The position numbers and the translations under genes were made by a program. The notes under the pieces were generated by a model. The model searched no databases, had not been told where the DNA came from, and saw only the letters and a program-made list of their open reading frames with translations. This document shows positions 51,955-64,000 of a stretch of 64,000 bases of DNA, in pieces; within the stretch, counting starts at the first letter, position 1; every line of letters starts with the position of its first letter. Origin of the DNA: Hydrurus foetidus. Its lineage: Eukaryota. The stretch is taken from assembly GCA_900617105.1 (NCBI GenBank), contig UYFQ01000294.1, positions 1 through 64,000 of the forward strand, written 5' to 3'.

Positions 51955-52859
51955 GATTTTGGTCACCGTCAGTGGCACAGGGCTTGCTCTCTGATAAAAA
52001 TACAGCGGAAGATGCAAGAAGCTTGTGTAAAAATTTTTAAGTGTAAAGTTTCAAGTGTAAAGTGTCAAGTCATACCGCCACTTCGTTTAGTTTCAAACTT
52101 TACCGTAGCTACCGTATCCCAACTAGACATTTACCGTATGGGATAATTCTCTCGTCTTCTCTTACTTCTCGCTGTCATTTCATTATTCATTATTGGCATG
52201 CAGCACCTCTGGCTACTCGTTGAGCCGAAAACATTCTTGTCAGTAACTCTCTCAACTGGGAGTGTCATGAAACAAACTAACAAAGATTCAACATAGGAGG
52301 CGAGATCTGACATGCTTCGGAAAATTTGCATAGAATCAACAGATAACAGAATATTCAAGATCAACAGATAACAAAATGTTCATGCTCCTCAGACAGGAGA
52401 CTGGAAAAGCTTAAATAATCCTATCAAAACGGCTGAGTACCATGTATATGGTAGCTTCATCAGTGTATAAAATCCAGAATGTTATGAATGATTCCATGGA
52501 AGCATCGATGCCCATGGCTGTTGCGTCATCGCGATTCATTAATAATGCCTACACTCCCTTATTCAAAAGAGGAAATTAATGCAAACTCTTCACCACTGCA
52601 GAAGAATCCTCTGACAGAAACCAGAACTTCTCAAGAAATCTCCTCCGCTCTTCTTGATGAAACAATGCCCTTTGGGGGAAGTTGAACCACAAACACTCGA
52701 CGCCAAATTGTTGTGTCATCTCGCGACTCGCGACTGTATGCAAGTGGCAAAAGGGTCGCCGTCCGCTGCAGATATGCAATTTCGACTGTACGCCTGTTGT
52801 AGAGTCATAACTTCCCAGGAAGTGTTTCAATCGTTGCTCTCTAAACCTCAATTCTGATA

Positions 52860-54999
52860 ATGGCTGAGTCAAATAGTCTGGCTTTGCTGGGTATCTTCGT
52901 GGCTTGGTACGCCTTCAATGCGGGGTAAGACTATGGAGACAGCTTCAGCTCAACTTGAAGAATATTTCAGGCTCAAGCATATAATTCTGTAACATCGTCA
53001 CCACAGATACAATGTGTACAACGCTTACGTGAAAGTCTTCGGATTTCCTTTGGCAATCGCCGCACTGCAGCTTGGCGTTGGATTACTATACGCCGTACCA
53101 TTGTAAGCACTTCGACAGTATTACTCTCTTTTGGAAGAGATTTGCACGCAATTCGCAGCTGACAATGTCTTTAAACATCTAATATTTTAGATGGGTGCTG
53201 GGAGTACGAAAAATGCCCAAGATCACAATGAATGATTTGATGCTACTTCTTCCAATCGGTCAGTCAATACGATATCCCACAATGCCAGAACTCATGATCC
53301 TAACAATCCTCAAAACCCATTCTTTCGTCCACGACAGCAATGCTGAACGCTGGTGGCCACGCCTGTGCTGTGATTGCCATGTTTCAAGTCGGAGGTGGAT
53401 CTTTCACACACGTCATCAAGGCATCGGAACCGGTAGTATCCGTTATTCTCGGCCTTCTGATCAACGGTGCTGTTCCTAAGCCCTTGACAGCTGTCAGTCT
53501 GCTGCCCATCACATACGGTGTGGCATACGCCTCTACCCTCGGTCAGCTCGATGTCCAGACGATGAGCAAGGAGCTGGGCACTTTGGCTGCAAAGTGAGTC
53601 GTTCATTATCATCAGAAAAAATTCAATTTGGATCTACTAAACGACATCATTAGCAACAGAGAAAACAAAGTAACACAAAAAATCTTATAATTGTTGTTCT
53701 TTTATAGGATGGCCATGGGCTCCAATGTTGCATTCGCTCTACGCTCTATTTTAAAGAAAAATTTACCAAAAGACTTCAAGGTAGATTTCATCGAAGGAAC
53801 ATTTCTTCAACACGAATAGATATGACGAGATGACTTATTCTAAATTATGAGAATGAGAGAAATGAGACATAAATGAGTTTTACGTGAAACTTATAAACCC
53901 TCAAGCGTACTCCACTCATCTACTTCAACCTGAAGTTGAACTTAAATTGGGAATAAATTTATCCGGTTTATCCCTCCAAACAGTAGCTAAGAATCCTTAG
54001 CATTTTTCTTTTTGCAGAATCATTGCTATTATCGTAGTTGTGAGATTGAATTTTACCTCCAAAATTGGATTCAATATTATTTTCAATTTTAACTGCGCAC
54101 GTGATGTATCTCACATCACAAATTTCTCCTCCTTCATTTTTTTTTTTCAAAATCTCTAAGACTGAAGAAGGGAAGTAAGACCGCTTCCTCACTATCTGTA
54201 TACTCCTTTTCAGCGCTATCTTTATGTTTATTTCTTACACCCTCTCTGCCACCTATTTATCCATCGAAGGCGAGGACAAATCTAGACGCGGCCAACGAGC
54301 ACGCCATGACCACCCTCCTTTCTTTCCTCATCACCCTCCCCTTCGTCTACTACTTCGAGGTACGTACTTACATACGTGTTTGTGAGAATGCGTGTAACTA
54401 ATATTCTGTTGCGGTATAATCTTAAATTACATACACTTATCAGCTGTAATCGATGATGCCGTGATATTTTAAACGAGAATCACATCTGTAGTGCACCTAG
54501 TGGCGCTTCACACCACCTCCTATCTTTTCAACTATTCTCATCTCATCCTATTTCATTTCTATTTACCGCCACTTCTTCACTATCTTATCTCATCTCACTC
54601 TATCTCACTTCACCTAGTCTCATTTCACCATATCTCATCTTATCTCCTTTCATTCCATCTGATTTCATTTCATTTCATCGCATTTCATTCCTTCCTTTGC
54701 AGGGCACTCAAGCGATCACGGACAAGTACAATGGCTTAGCCAACCAGCAGTCCTTCATGATAAACGCAGCTGTCTGCGGAATCTGCTACTATTTCTACAA
54801 TGAAATGCAGAATATAGTACTAGGCTCACTCGGTGCTGTGCCAACTGCTGTGGGCAATACATTGAAGAGAGTCGTTATTTTTGTTGCCCTTTATTTCTTC
54901 ACTTCCGGGGAGACTTTCCCTATGCCAAAAATCATCGGATGTGGAATTGCTATTGCTGGATGCCTCGCATTCGCTATTTTCGATTCTAAAAAATGGTAG
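52860..54999 (+). CDS. Triose-phosphate/plastid phosphate translocator family protein (7 exons)
   Basis: AWYAFNAG|YNVYN, GH...SFTHVIKASEPVVS, SLLPITYGVAYAS, AMGSNVAFALRSILKK, YYFYNEMQ...TAVGNTLKRVVI. Exons ~52860-52924, 53007-53102, 53191-53258, 53339-53593, 53708-53780, 54270-54359, 54703-54999. Confidence 0.92.
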
Positions 55000-56106
55000 A
55001 CTGATTGCTCTGAAATTCAATTTTCACGGATTCAAACTCGAAGTTCAATAAAAAAAGCTTTATCACTAATTCAAATTCAAGGATGTTAAAGTTTTGAGGT
55101 TGGTCATTCGATTTAACGTGTAAGACAGAGGTATCAGCAGTTGTGACGGCGGATTTTGATGCTCAATTCAGTTCCATTCAATGTGCATGTAATGCAGTCG
55201 TGACGTAAAGTCGGGAAATGATGTTATATAGAAACGAAAGGATAAAAGAAAATGGAAACTGAAAAAAGAATGACAGGGAAGGAATAAACTAGATATCACG
55301 AAAGAGACTTACACATGAGGAGGAAAAGTGCAAAGCAACCGGAGTAGATCTTCAGCGCAAAGTAGATCAAAATGAGAGACAATGAAGAGTTGATACGATG
55401 TGTGGGAGACGGTGACACAAGAAGACGAAGAAAAAAGAGGCAGACGAAGGAGACGGAGATTATTCAGAGCAAGGGCGCTGAAAGTTTCATTTATCGACCT
55501 CGTGCGACAGTCGACAGAATACGAGGTATCTCTGCATATCATTAGATGCCGCACTAATTATCTGCTGACTGTGTGAGAACACTTCACGTTTTTTGATTTT
55601 TCTTGCTTCGAAGAACCATACGCGGAGAAAACCTGATGCCAAATCTACGGGGAATAAGGGCCCTATCAACTTCAGTCTACACCTGCTGCAGACTAGAAGC
55701 GCCGCACACACACAGTATTTCCATTTTCCTCTTTTAAATTTCATTGTCACTGACTGACTCTCTAGTCACCTTGCTATCGCATTTGATCGAATTCAAGAAA
55801 GTCATAGAGCGGGACAAAACGAAGTAGTGAAATTCTTCAAAAATAGTATTATTGAGTACGTGATTCGGCATCAAAATCTGGAACTCTTTACTCTATATCC
55901 AACAATAAAAGAAAATAATGTTACTGGACTACCAATTACATATATAGAATAGACTAACCATTTATTTCATGTAGATGAGACAGCATTGGTTTTGAAATAG
56001 ATGAAGTCCACTCGGTTGGCCACAAAGATGCACATTACGGGTGACTAATACTAAATGCTCTATGTATATGAATTCTTCAACAATAAACAATTGTCTTTTC
56101 TTCCAT

Positions 56107-57819
56107 CTACTTTTCCTCCTCACTTACTTTTTTCGTCACTTTTTTTGCCGCAGGCTTTTTTATTTTTGCTACTTTTTGCACAACACTTTCGCTATCTAAT
56201 TTTGTTATATTCACAATATTTATCCGATCTGTAACCGGTGTCTCCGATTTTGCAGAATCCGTAGACACGCTTGATTTCGGTTCTTTTGGTGTTTTCGGTT
56301 TGACGGATTTCACACTTGTTTGCACTACTGACGCAGACAAAGAATCCATTTTAGCAGCTGCTCTTGCCTTCTCAACTTTTGCAACAAGCGAGGAGACTTT
56401 CGGTTTTTCCGTTTTGGCTTTTGTTGCGTTTTTAGGAACGGCTGTTTTGGAATCTGATCCAAGATCCTTGACCGCTTTTGCTGTTTTTACAGCGGTTGAT
56501 TTTTTAGCACCCACGGCAACAGGAGCATCAACGTCAGCTGCGTCAGATTTGCCTGTGTGTTCTGTAGAGATTGCTGCCTTTGCTTTAGCGGACCCAGCAG
56601 CTACTTTAACAACTTCTTTTGCTGCTGGCTCTTTCTTAGCAACCGCAGCAGCGGATACTTCCTTCTTCTCTGCCTCTTTCTTAGCAACCGCAGCAGCAGC
56701 AGCCAGCTGCTTCTTTCTCCTCTGCCTCTTTCTTAGCAGCCGCAGCAGCAGCAGCCAACCTAGCTGCTTCTTTCTCTTCTGCCTCTTTCTTAGCAACCGC
56801 AGCAGCAGCAGCCAACCTAGCTGCTTCTTTCTCTTCTGCCTCTTTCTTAGCAACCGCAGCAGCAGCAGCCAACCTAGCTGCTTCCTTCTCCTCTGCCTCT
56901 TTCTTAGCAACCGCAGCAGCAGCCAACCCAGCTTTTCTCCTCTGCCTCTTTCTTAGCAACCAGCAGCAGCAGCCAACCTAGCTGCTTCCTTTTTCTCTGC
57001 CTCTTTCTTAGCAGCAGCAGCAGCAACCTAGCTGCTTCTTTCTCTCTTCTTTCTTAGCAACCGCAGCAGCAGCCAACCTAGCTGCTTCTTCTGCCTCTTT
57101 CTTAGCAAGCGCAGCAGCAGCAGCCAACCTAGCTGCTTCTTTCTCTTCTGCCTCTTTCTTAGCAACCGCAGCAGCAGCAGCCAACCTAGCTGCTTCTTTC
57201 TCTCTGCCTCTTTCTTAGCAACCGCAGCAGCAGCCAACCTAGCTGCTTCCAGCTCTTCTGCCTCTTTCTTAGCAGCCGCAGCAGCAGCAGCCAACCTAGC
57301 TGCTTCCTTCTCCTCTGCCTCTTTCTTAGCAACCGCAGCAGCAGCCAACCTAGCAACTTCCAGCTCTTCTGCCTCTTTCTTAGCAGCCGCAGCAGCAGCC
57401 AACCCAGCTGCTTCTTTCTCCTCTGCCTCTTTCTTAGCAACCGCAGCAGCAGCCAACCTAGCAATTTCTAGCTCCTCTGCCCATTTCTTAGCAGCAGCAA
57501 CTAACTCAGCTGATCCTTTCTCCTCCGCCTCTTTCTTAGCAATTACTGCGAGTTTTTCGTCCTCAATCTCTTTATCTTTCGTTAATTTCGCCGCGACGAC
57601 GGCTAGCCTAGCGTTCTCGGTTTCCAAATTCTGCTGTGCATACTGTGCGATCGTCTCTGCTCCAAGTACTGAGTGAGGACTCCATTGCTCGCTACCGATC
57701 ATTCTGAATTTCATCGAGGAAGATTTTCCGTGTCTCGCATTTCTCAGTCCGCCGGCAAGAAAAGCGTCAGATTGGAAAAGGTTGATAGCAATCAGGGCTG
57801 TGATGAAGATTTCCTTCAT
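56107..57819 (-). CDS. Ala/Lys/Glu-repeat helical protein with a bipartite (likely plastid) presequence; apparent frameshifts in the repeat
   Basis: MKEIFITALIAINLFQSDA|FL followed by a basic Ser-rich transit-like segment. About 15 copies of AKKEAEEKEAARLAAAAAV, then a Lys/Ala/Ser-rich tail ending at the stop at 56107. Confidence 0.75.
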
Positions 57820-58742
57820 TTTCACCAACTTTGATCGCCCGCTGGATCACGATTGATCACTGTATCTGGAGAATGCAATCTTGATAATATGGTCATATAG
57901 AGGACCACCATGCATGATGTGTGGATCTTGTGATAAGTTCAATGCGACCCACTTAATGACGAACTAGAATCTGTCATGAAATACTGTTCCCTTTACCATC
58001 GTGATTTCTTTCGATACGGTGAACACCGTAGAAGAAATGATTACCGCATGGGAAGCCAGATTCAGGGCATGAAAATCTGTAGAGTGGAGCTTTTAATTGA
58101 AGATTTCTCCATGATTGACAATTGACGTCATCTGATAATCAGGATAACCCACTTAAATTGAAAGGACAAACGAGAAAAAGAAGAGTGAAAGAATTAATTC
58201 AGAACTAAAAACTTTTTAAACCTACTATATTTAAGTATTGTAAAAGTGCTATTGCAAAAATAAATTCCGGTAGAGATGAAACGAAAATTGCACAAAATTT
58301 GAGAAATGTGAAGGAATACGAAAAGAAGTGAAAAAAGCGAGCATGTTATTCTAACTGGAAATATTTTCATTTGATGGAATGTGATTAAATCAGAATTGTC
58401 CATGTGCTTGAGGAGAGGCGAGGTGAGACAAGGCAAGAAAAGGCTACCAAGAAGTAGAGTAGGATTAGACAATGAGTAAAAGTGAATCGAGTTTGGTAAC
58501 AGATGATTATGTTGTCGACTGGCACACGATTTCAAATATCACCAGTGTTGAAAAACAGACAGGAATTGCTTTCTTTCCCCACGCAAATCTCTTCTAATTC
58601 AATTCGACTGTTCGTGTTTATCATCAAATGATTTACTAATCTCTTCGGATATCAAAGCACGTCCAATTTCATTATTTCAGTGCAATTTACTTTCATTTCA
58701 TAGTATCATCACGATTGATAGATTTACTATACTATCTACCCC

Positions 58743-60585
58743 TTAATGATGTTTCGATTTGGGCTCCACATAGGGGGGACGTCCGAAAGTTTTGCCCCTT
58801 GGGTAATATTTATCTCTCATACTAGGATCAATTTTGCCGAGAAGGTTCTGAGGGAATGTTCTCAAGAGATCCCAGGCAAGATCTAAAGATTCGAAAATGC
58901 TTCTGTTCTGATAACCACCCTGGGCGATGAATTTGCCTTCGAATTTCTCCACGAATTTGATGAATAAATGATCTTCAGCGGATAGGGCTTCTTCACCCAC
59001 CACAGCTTTCATCGCCATCACGTCCTTTCCTCTCGCGTAAGAAGAGTACAGCTGATTGGACACCGACCCGTGGTCCTCTCTAGTGAGGTCTTGACCGATA
59101 GCAGACTTCATCAAGCGAGACAGAGATGGCAGCACATTGATCGGAGGAAAGATCTCCTTTGACTGTAACTTACGGTCCAAGAAAATCTGCCCCTCTGTGA
59201 TGTATCCGGTTAGATCCGGTATAGGGTGGGTGATGTCATCGTTGGGCATGGTTAGGATGGGGAACTGAGTGATGGAACCATTTCTGCCGTGAATACGACC
59301 AGCGCGCTCGTAGATTGTGGAGAGATCGGTGTACATGTAGCCGGGGTAGCCGCGTCTACCGGGCACTTCCTCTCTGGCAGCAGATACCTCTCTCAGAGCG
59401 TCAGCGTAGGAGGACATGTCGGTGAGGATGCACAGCACGTGCAGGTCTCGTTCGTACGCCAAGTATTCAGCGGTGGAGAGGGCGAGACGGGGCGTGATGA
59501 TGCGCTCGATAGTGGGGTCATTGGCGAGATTGAGGAACATAGCGGTTCTCTCCATGGCGCCTGACTCTTCGAAATCGGATCGGAAGAATCGAGCAGTTTC
59601 CATGTTAACTCCCATCGCTCCGAACACCACTGCGAAATTGTCCTGGTGGCCGTCTAGTGTGTCTTTTAGCTGCACTAGAGAAGACTGACGCACTATCTGA
59701 GCCGCGACTTCGTTGTGAGGAAGGCCCGCAGCAGAGAAGAGAGGAATCTTCTGTCCTCTCGCCACTGAGTTCATCACGTCGATGGCGGAGATGCCTGTCT
59801 GAATCATGGCCGTTGGGTAGTCTCTGCGATTATAGTAGAGCGATGATTGGATGGATAAGGTGGATGACATGTGGCGTATGAGCGTCAAGTAATAGATAAT
59901 AATTCGCATCTAAATCGGAACAAATAAAGAGCACGGAGGAACAAAGTGGCAACAGCTGCACAACTATCTTCCATCGAATTCTCATGCTTCTGAGACTCCC
60001 TAACAGGTTAGAAGAGGGGAGATTAGTGAATAGATGATGTACCTTGACGAGGGGTTGATGGGCATTCCCATGATGTCCAAGTAATCTTCCGCAAGAACGG
60101 CGGGTGCGCCATCGATCTGACGACCAGAACCGTTGAAGGCTACGTGATGCAATGAATCATAGGAATGGTCAATTGTGAAAAGGTGAAGACCTTATATGCG
60201 AGGAAAGATGTCGCTAAAGAATGCCAGACAAAATTAATGAAATGTTCTTACTTCTTCCAAGCATTTCCTCGGAAATGGGCATCTTCAACACGTCACCAGT
60301 GAACTTGCATCTAGTTTTTCTATTATCTATTCCTGATGTCCCCTCAAATATTTGCACCACCGCTTTGTTTCCTGCCACTTCTAGCACCTGACCAACACGT
60401 GCTTCCCCATCACCAAGAGTGACGTTCACAATTTCAGCAAATCTGGGGGATTTCACGTTCTCTAAGATTACTAAAGGTCCCTGCACGCCTGCAATGGTTC
60501 TGTACTCCAATCTAGGCTCTACGTTGTAATCACGAACAGCCGCAGCTGCGTTCATGAACGCCATTTCCTTCCTGGAAATCGACAT
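58743..60585 (-). CDS. VHA-B: V-type H+-ATPase subunit B (exons 60585-60252, 60139-60043, 59823-58743; 503 aa)
   Basis: [95 protein letters not shown]. The introns are frame-consistent. Confidence 0.98.
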
Positions 60586-62391
60586 CCTAAAAAGTCGGGA
60601 GAGCAGGGAGTTAAAAAATAGATACTATGCAACTAAAATCCAACCGAATCAGAGAGTGCACACAGATGTAATTTTGCAGTCAAGTGGCGCTTTCGCGATC
60701 AATTCACTGGCAATAGCTGTTAAACCAAATTATGCCATTCAAGTTAAGATTCAAAGTGTTTAGCATCGATGGAAGGATAAAGCATGAGCAGACCTGAAAT
60801 CTGTTTGGTTTTCAAAAGAGATTTCCTCGTTGCCAAAGGCTATCGGCTCTGTCGCGCTGAGAAGTAGCAATCGGCTGATGATCCGCGTCTGATGGAGAAC
60901 TTAAATAACATCAGAAGAAAGTGTCAACCAATAGCCATTTGCAGGTGGTGTAAGTACACATTTGTACGTTTCACGTCGCCATCCTCATGACTCATGACAA
61001 CATCCATCATACACCTCAGATGCGCTATGTACTGAAGTTACATTTTGAACTTTTTTCACTGCACGTTCTGAGAGTCGATTATATTTGATTGCAAACAAGC
61101 GACGAAGAAAAAATTCGTCCAAAAAACTTATTATCGAGGGTGTCACGCTTTGAAAATTCTGTTCATCTGCAATTATGAGTGAAGAAACATCCTTGAATCT
61201 CTCTGCGAATACACTCAGATCCGAGTGGAGAGCGATTCCATGTAACGACATTCTCTCTTTCCTGCAAAAAGCGTGTTCAATGTCGATGCGGATGATGCGC
61301 TAGCAGTGAACTTTCGCGGCAAAATTCAGTTCAAGGTTGTAGGTTTTCTATGCAATGTTTTCAAGTAAATTTACAGATCAATTTAAGCCCGCATATTCAT
61401 TTGGATAAAGAATGAATGTAGCTACATTAGGATGTTGAGTTGTTGAAGAAAGAAATCTTGCGGAAATTGTCCTTCAATAGTCTTCGTAGAATTGTTGCAC
61501 CCGTTCTGCTAATTATGGTCGTGTAGGTAGATTGCAGACCGCAAAACGCATTGAGGCCACTTAATGTAATCCAATAATATACTTCGTGACAAAGCTGGCT
61601 TCTACATTATCAACTATGTACGAAGAGGTATGTATACTGTGGTATTGAAGGTTTCCTATCATGGACAGCCTATCTGCCAAATGATTCTATAATGCAACCG
61701 CTGACTAAATCAGGCATGTTGTTTCCGCTAAGTGATTGCAACATCGAATCAATCCTATAATTTTGATATCAAAGTCTCCTAAGATGATTACTTGGGGAGC
61801 GCCGTCAGTCCATAACCGCAGAGCTGCATCACAAAAGCGCACGCGTATCGAATCAGAAAGAAAACCGCCACGAAGAAAGTGAGCTGAATGACCGTAGACT
61901 CTATGTTCCCCATAATGTATAGTCCGGTGACGGTGGAGTATCTGTAATATTGCAAACGGATGAATCTATTGATAGAGCCGAACATCTTTCAGGTCCTCCA
62001 ATTAAATTCGCGACCCTCTCCTATCACTCATCCACGGTTGGGGGTTCGAATCAGGGCGCAGTTGTCAACGAGAAAACCTCTGGTGCGACCATTCAGAGGG
62101 CCGAGTTATCCGACAGTCAATTATGCTAGGATCTATGGCATCATAGTCCATAATCGATCAGACATGCATCACATTGGAGAGCAGCATGGAGACTGGAAAA
62201 TGTTCATTGATCAATAATTTCTGGTGATCGGAATTTGTATACGGTTTTAGAATGGGTAAAGTTGGTCCAGCGGGTCCTCCTTTGGAATTTTGAGTTTTGA
62301 GTTCAAGGAGTTGAGTTGGAGCTGAGGATGTTGTGTTGCTAATTGATAATATCGAAAATCTCGATCTATTATCTGTTATTTTTTTGACAGC

Positions 62392-62994
62392 ATGTCCCTC
62401 ATTGCCTCTGTCCTGCGCACATCGATAGTTTTCTATCTCTGCCTCTCTACTTGCCAATCACTTTGCGTCAAATCATTTATCGACAAATCTCAATGCGGTC
62501 GAGTATACTCACGCAGCTCCCGCTTATTCGAGAGCAAAAGTGAGAAGCTATCGACTATCGAGAAGTTGCGCAGCGCTTGCGACACCAGAAGCGTTCCATC
62601 AGCCGAGATTATAGCTGCAATTAATGAAGTTGAATCTGCCTCATTCGATTTATCATGCACGGATATGAAAGGCTCGTGGGAGCTGATATTCTCCTCTCTG
62701 ATTCCAGGTGGATATTTTCCTGTCTGCGAGGTATGCGATTTCTTCGGATACTCTTTGACATCTTCCTGGGGCCCGCTGCCCCTCGGAGGATTTAAAGGGA
62801 GCTCAGCTGTAATATCTGAAACAAAACCAGCGACTATTGAATTTACGAGTGACTCATACTTGATTGGGAGCATCAAATTTGATTTGAAGGAGCCGAAGAA
62901 GAGGAGCTACACATTTTTGTATACTGATGACAACTTCGCGGTTGCGAGATCTTCGTCCGGTGGTGGAACATTATTGAAAAAAGTTAAGGGGTAG
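62392..62994 (+). CDS. PAP/fibrillin-like (plastid lipid-associated) protein with an N-terminal signal peptide
   Basis: Hydrophobic leader, IIAAINEVE helix, MKGSWELIFSS, and C-terminal YTFLYTDDNFAVARSSSGG. Confidence 0.6.
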   Translation: MSLIASVLRTSIVFYLCLSTCQSLCVKSFIDKSQCGRVYSRSSRLFESKSEKLSTIEKLRSACDTRSVPSAEIIAAINEVESASFDLSCTDMKGSWELIFSSLIPGGYFPVCEVCDFFGYSLTSSWGPLPLGGFKGSSAVISETKPATIEFTSDSYLIGSIKFDLKEPKKRSYTFLYTDDNFAVARSSSGGGTLLKKVKG

Positions 62995-64000
62995 CTGGCA
63001 GGAACTGATGTGACGGTTGGTTCCAGCAATTACGTACCTCCTGATCACGGTGCATTTGCAACAGTTGCAGCAGATCCTTTGAGAATTTATGTGAGAGATT
63101 GCAGAGCCTAAGCAACGTAGTTGTACTGTTGAACAGAATGCGCTGGGAGGAGACAGACACTGACCTACACGTGTTGCAGCACTCAACTGTTCTTGACATT
63201 AGACAATGGCGGTGCTATACGCACAAGAGGTTTCTAAAGCACTCTTGAATCATTGCTCGAATGTGTCTCCGGGAGAGAGGTCAATTGACATTGCACGTAA
63301 TTGCTAGTGATGACGCTAGAGAAGGGGACCCGATAATCTGAGCATTGAGCCTAACAGGAGTCCGAATGGCTTTTACTTTACGCGCATATCACATGCAGAA
63401 AATTTGTCCTAGGATCAAGAATAATCAAGTCCTGATTCTTTTTTCCGATGATGACGAGGGAAGGATTTTTTCTGCATTCTCGCTGGACCTGGATAGAGCT
63501 GTCGATGCATGAAATATTCTTAATCGCTTGTTTACGGTCAACAGTCGTACATTTAGATGTAGATTAGTCTGATTTATTTTGGAGCCAACACCATATGAAG
63601 TATTACATTGAAGAGTCAGAACAACTTTTTTCGTTGTCATAACCTATCTTCGTGTTGCAAGAGAGGCAAACATTTTAATTTACTGATTCGATGAATGAGA
63701 AGTTTTTATAAGGAATTTAATCTGCACTGACCGGTAACTAAATTTCTCAAACATTTTTCTGCAACGACATACTATCGTATCATTGTTTCAAATGCATCTG
63801 CTTTGCTTTCAGCTAAGCCCTGTAAAAGATTCGTCAGCAGTGTGCATCCGAAACCAACGATCGTGGAGTTAGAAGAATGCATTTGTAATGCATCGGTTAC
63901 CATTTGACACGTTTCCACAGTGCCCATGAATCTTCTATTCTTCTCGTTATCCTTCGTAAGTGCTATGAGCGCATCCAGTATTGCGCAGATGATAACAGAA

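Noticed and set aside
52131..52857. Short ORFs between HEN1 and the translocator
   Set aside because: All are under 100 aa with no motifs; the region is most simply a divergent promoter interval.
60770..61260. Minus-strand 88-aa ORF and its continuation upstream of V-ATPase B
   Set aside because: Interrupted by stops and has no identifiable family motif.
62015..62110. GGTTCGAATC B-box/T-loop motif with a nearby small hairpin, a possible tRNA or SINE
   Set aside because: The T-stem arms (GGGGG vs CAGGG) do not pair, and no cloverleaf or A-box could be built.

Overview
Intron-rich eukaryotic genomic DNA, most likely from an ochrophyte/stramenopile alga. That assignment is inferred from a signal peptide + F-type bipartite presequence, a plastid phosphate translocator and a PAP/fibrillin-like gene. 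The first 17 kb is transposon-rich: the gag-protease end of a Ty3/Gypsy-like LTR retrotransposon, two nested MITEs, a near-intact hAT element (TIRs, 8-bp TSD, full DDE), and an internally deleted PIF/Harbinger element (TAA TSD). These surround a secreted Pro/Thr-repeat gene and a multipass membrane gene. The rest is a gene-dense block: a ~14-kb multi-exon gene with a duplicated Cys4 domain, an ARM-like gene, kinesin-14, HEN1, a presequence-less TPT/pPT, an Ala/Lys/Glu-repeat protein, V-ATPase subunit B and a PAP/fibrillin-like gene. The most notable observation is a ~1356-aa HEN1 small-RNA 2'-O-methyltransferase with what looks like the full land-plant multidomain architecture. Frameshifts at homopolymers and repeats, and garbled tracts beside microsatellites, suggest long-read consensus errors, so apparent pseudogenisation should be treated cautiously. 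All family assignments come from motif recognition by eye; no database searches were run.
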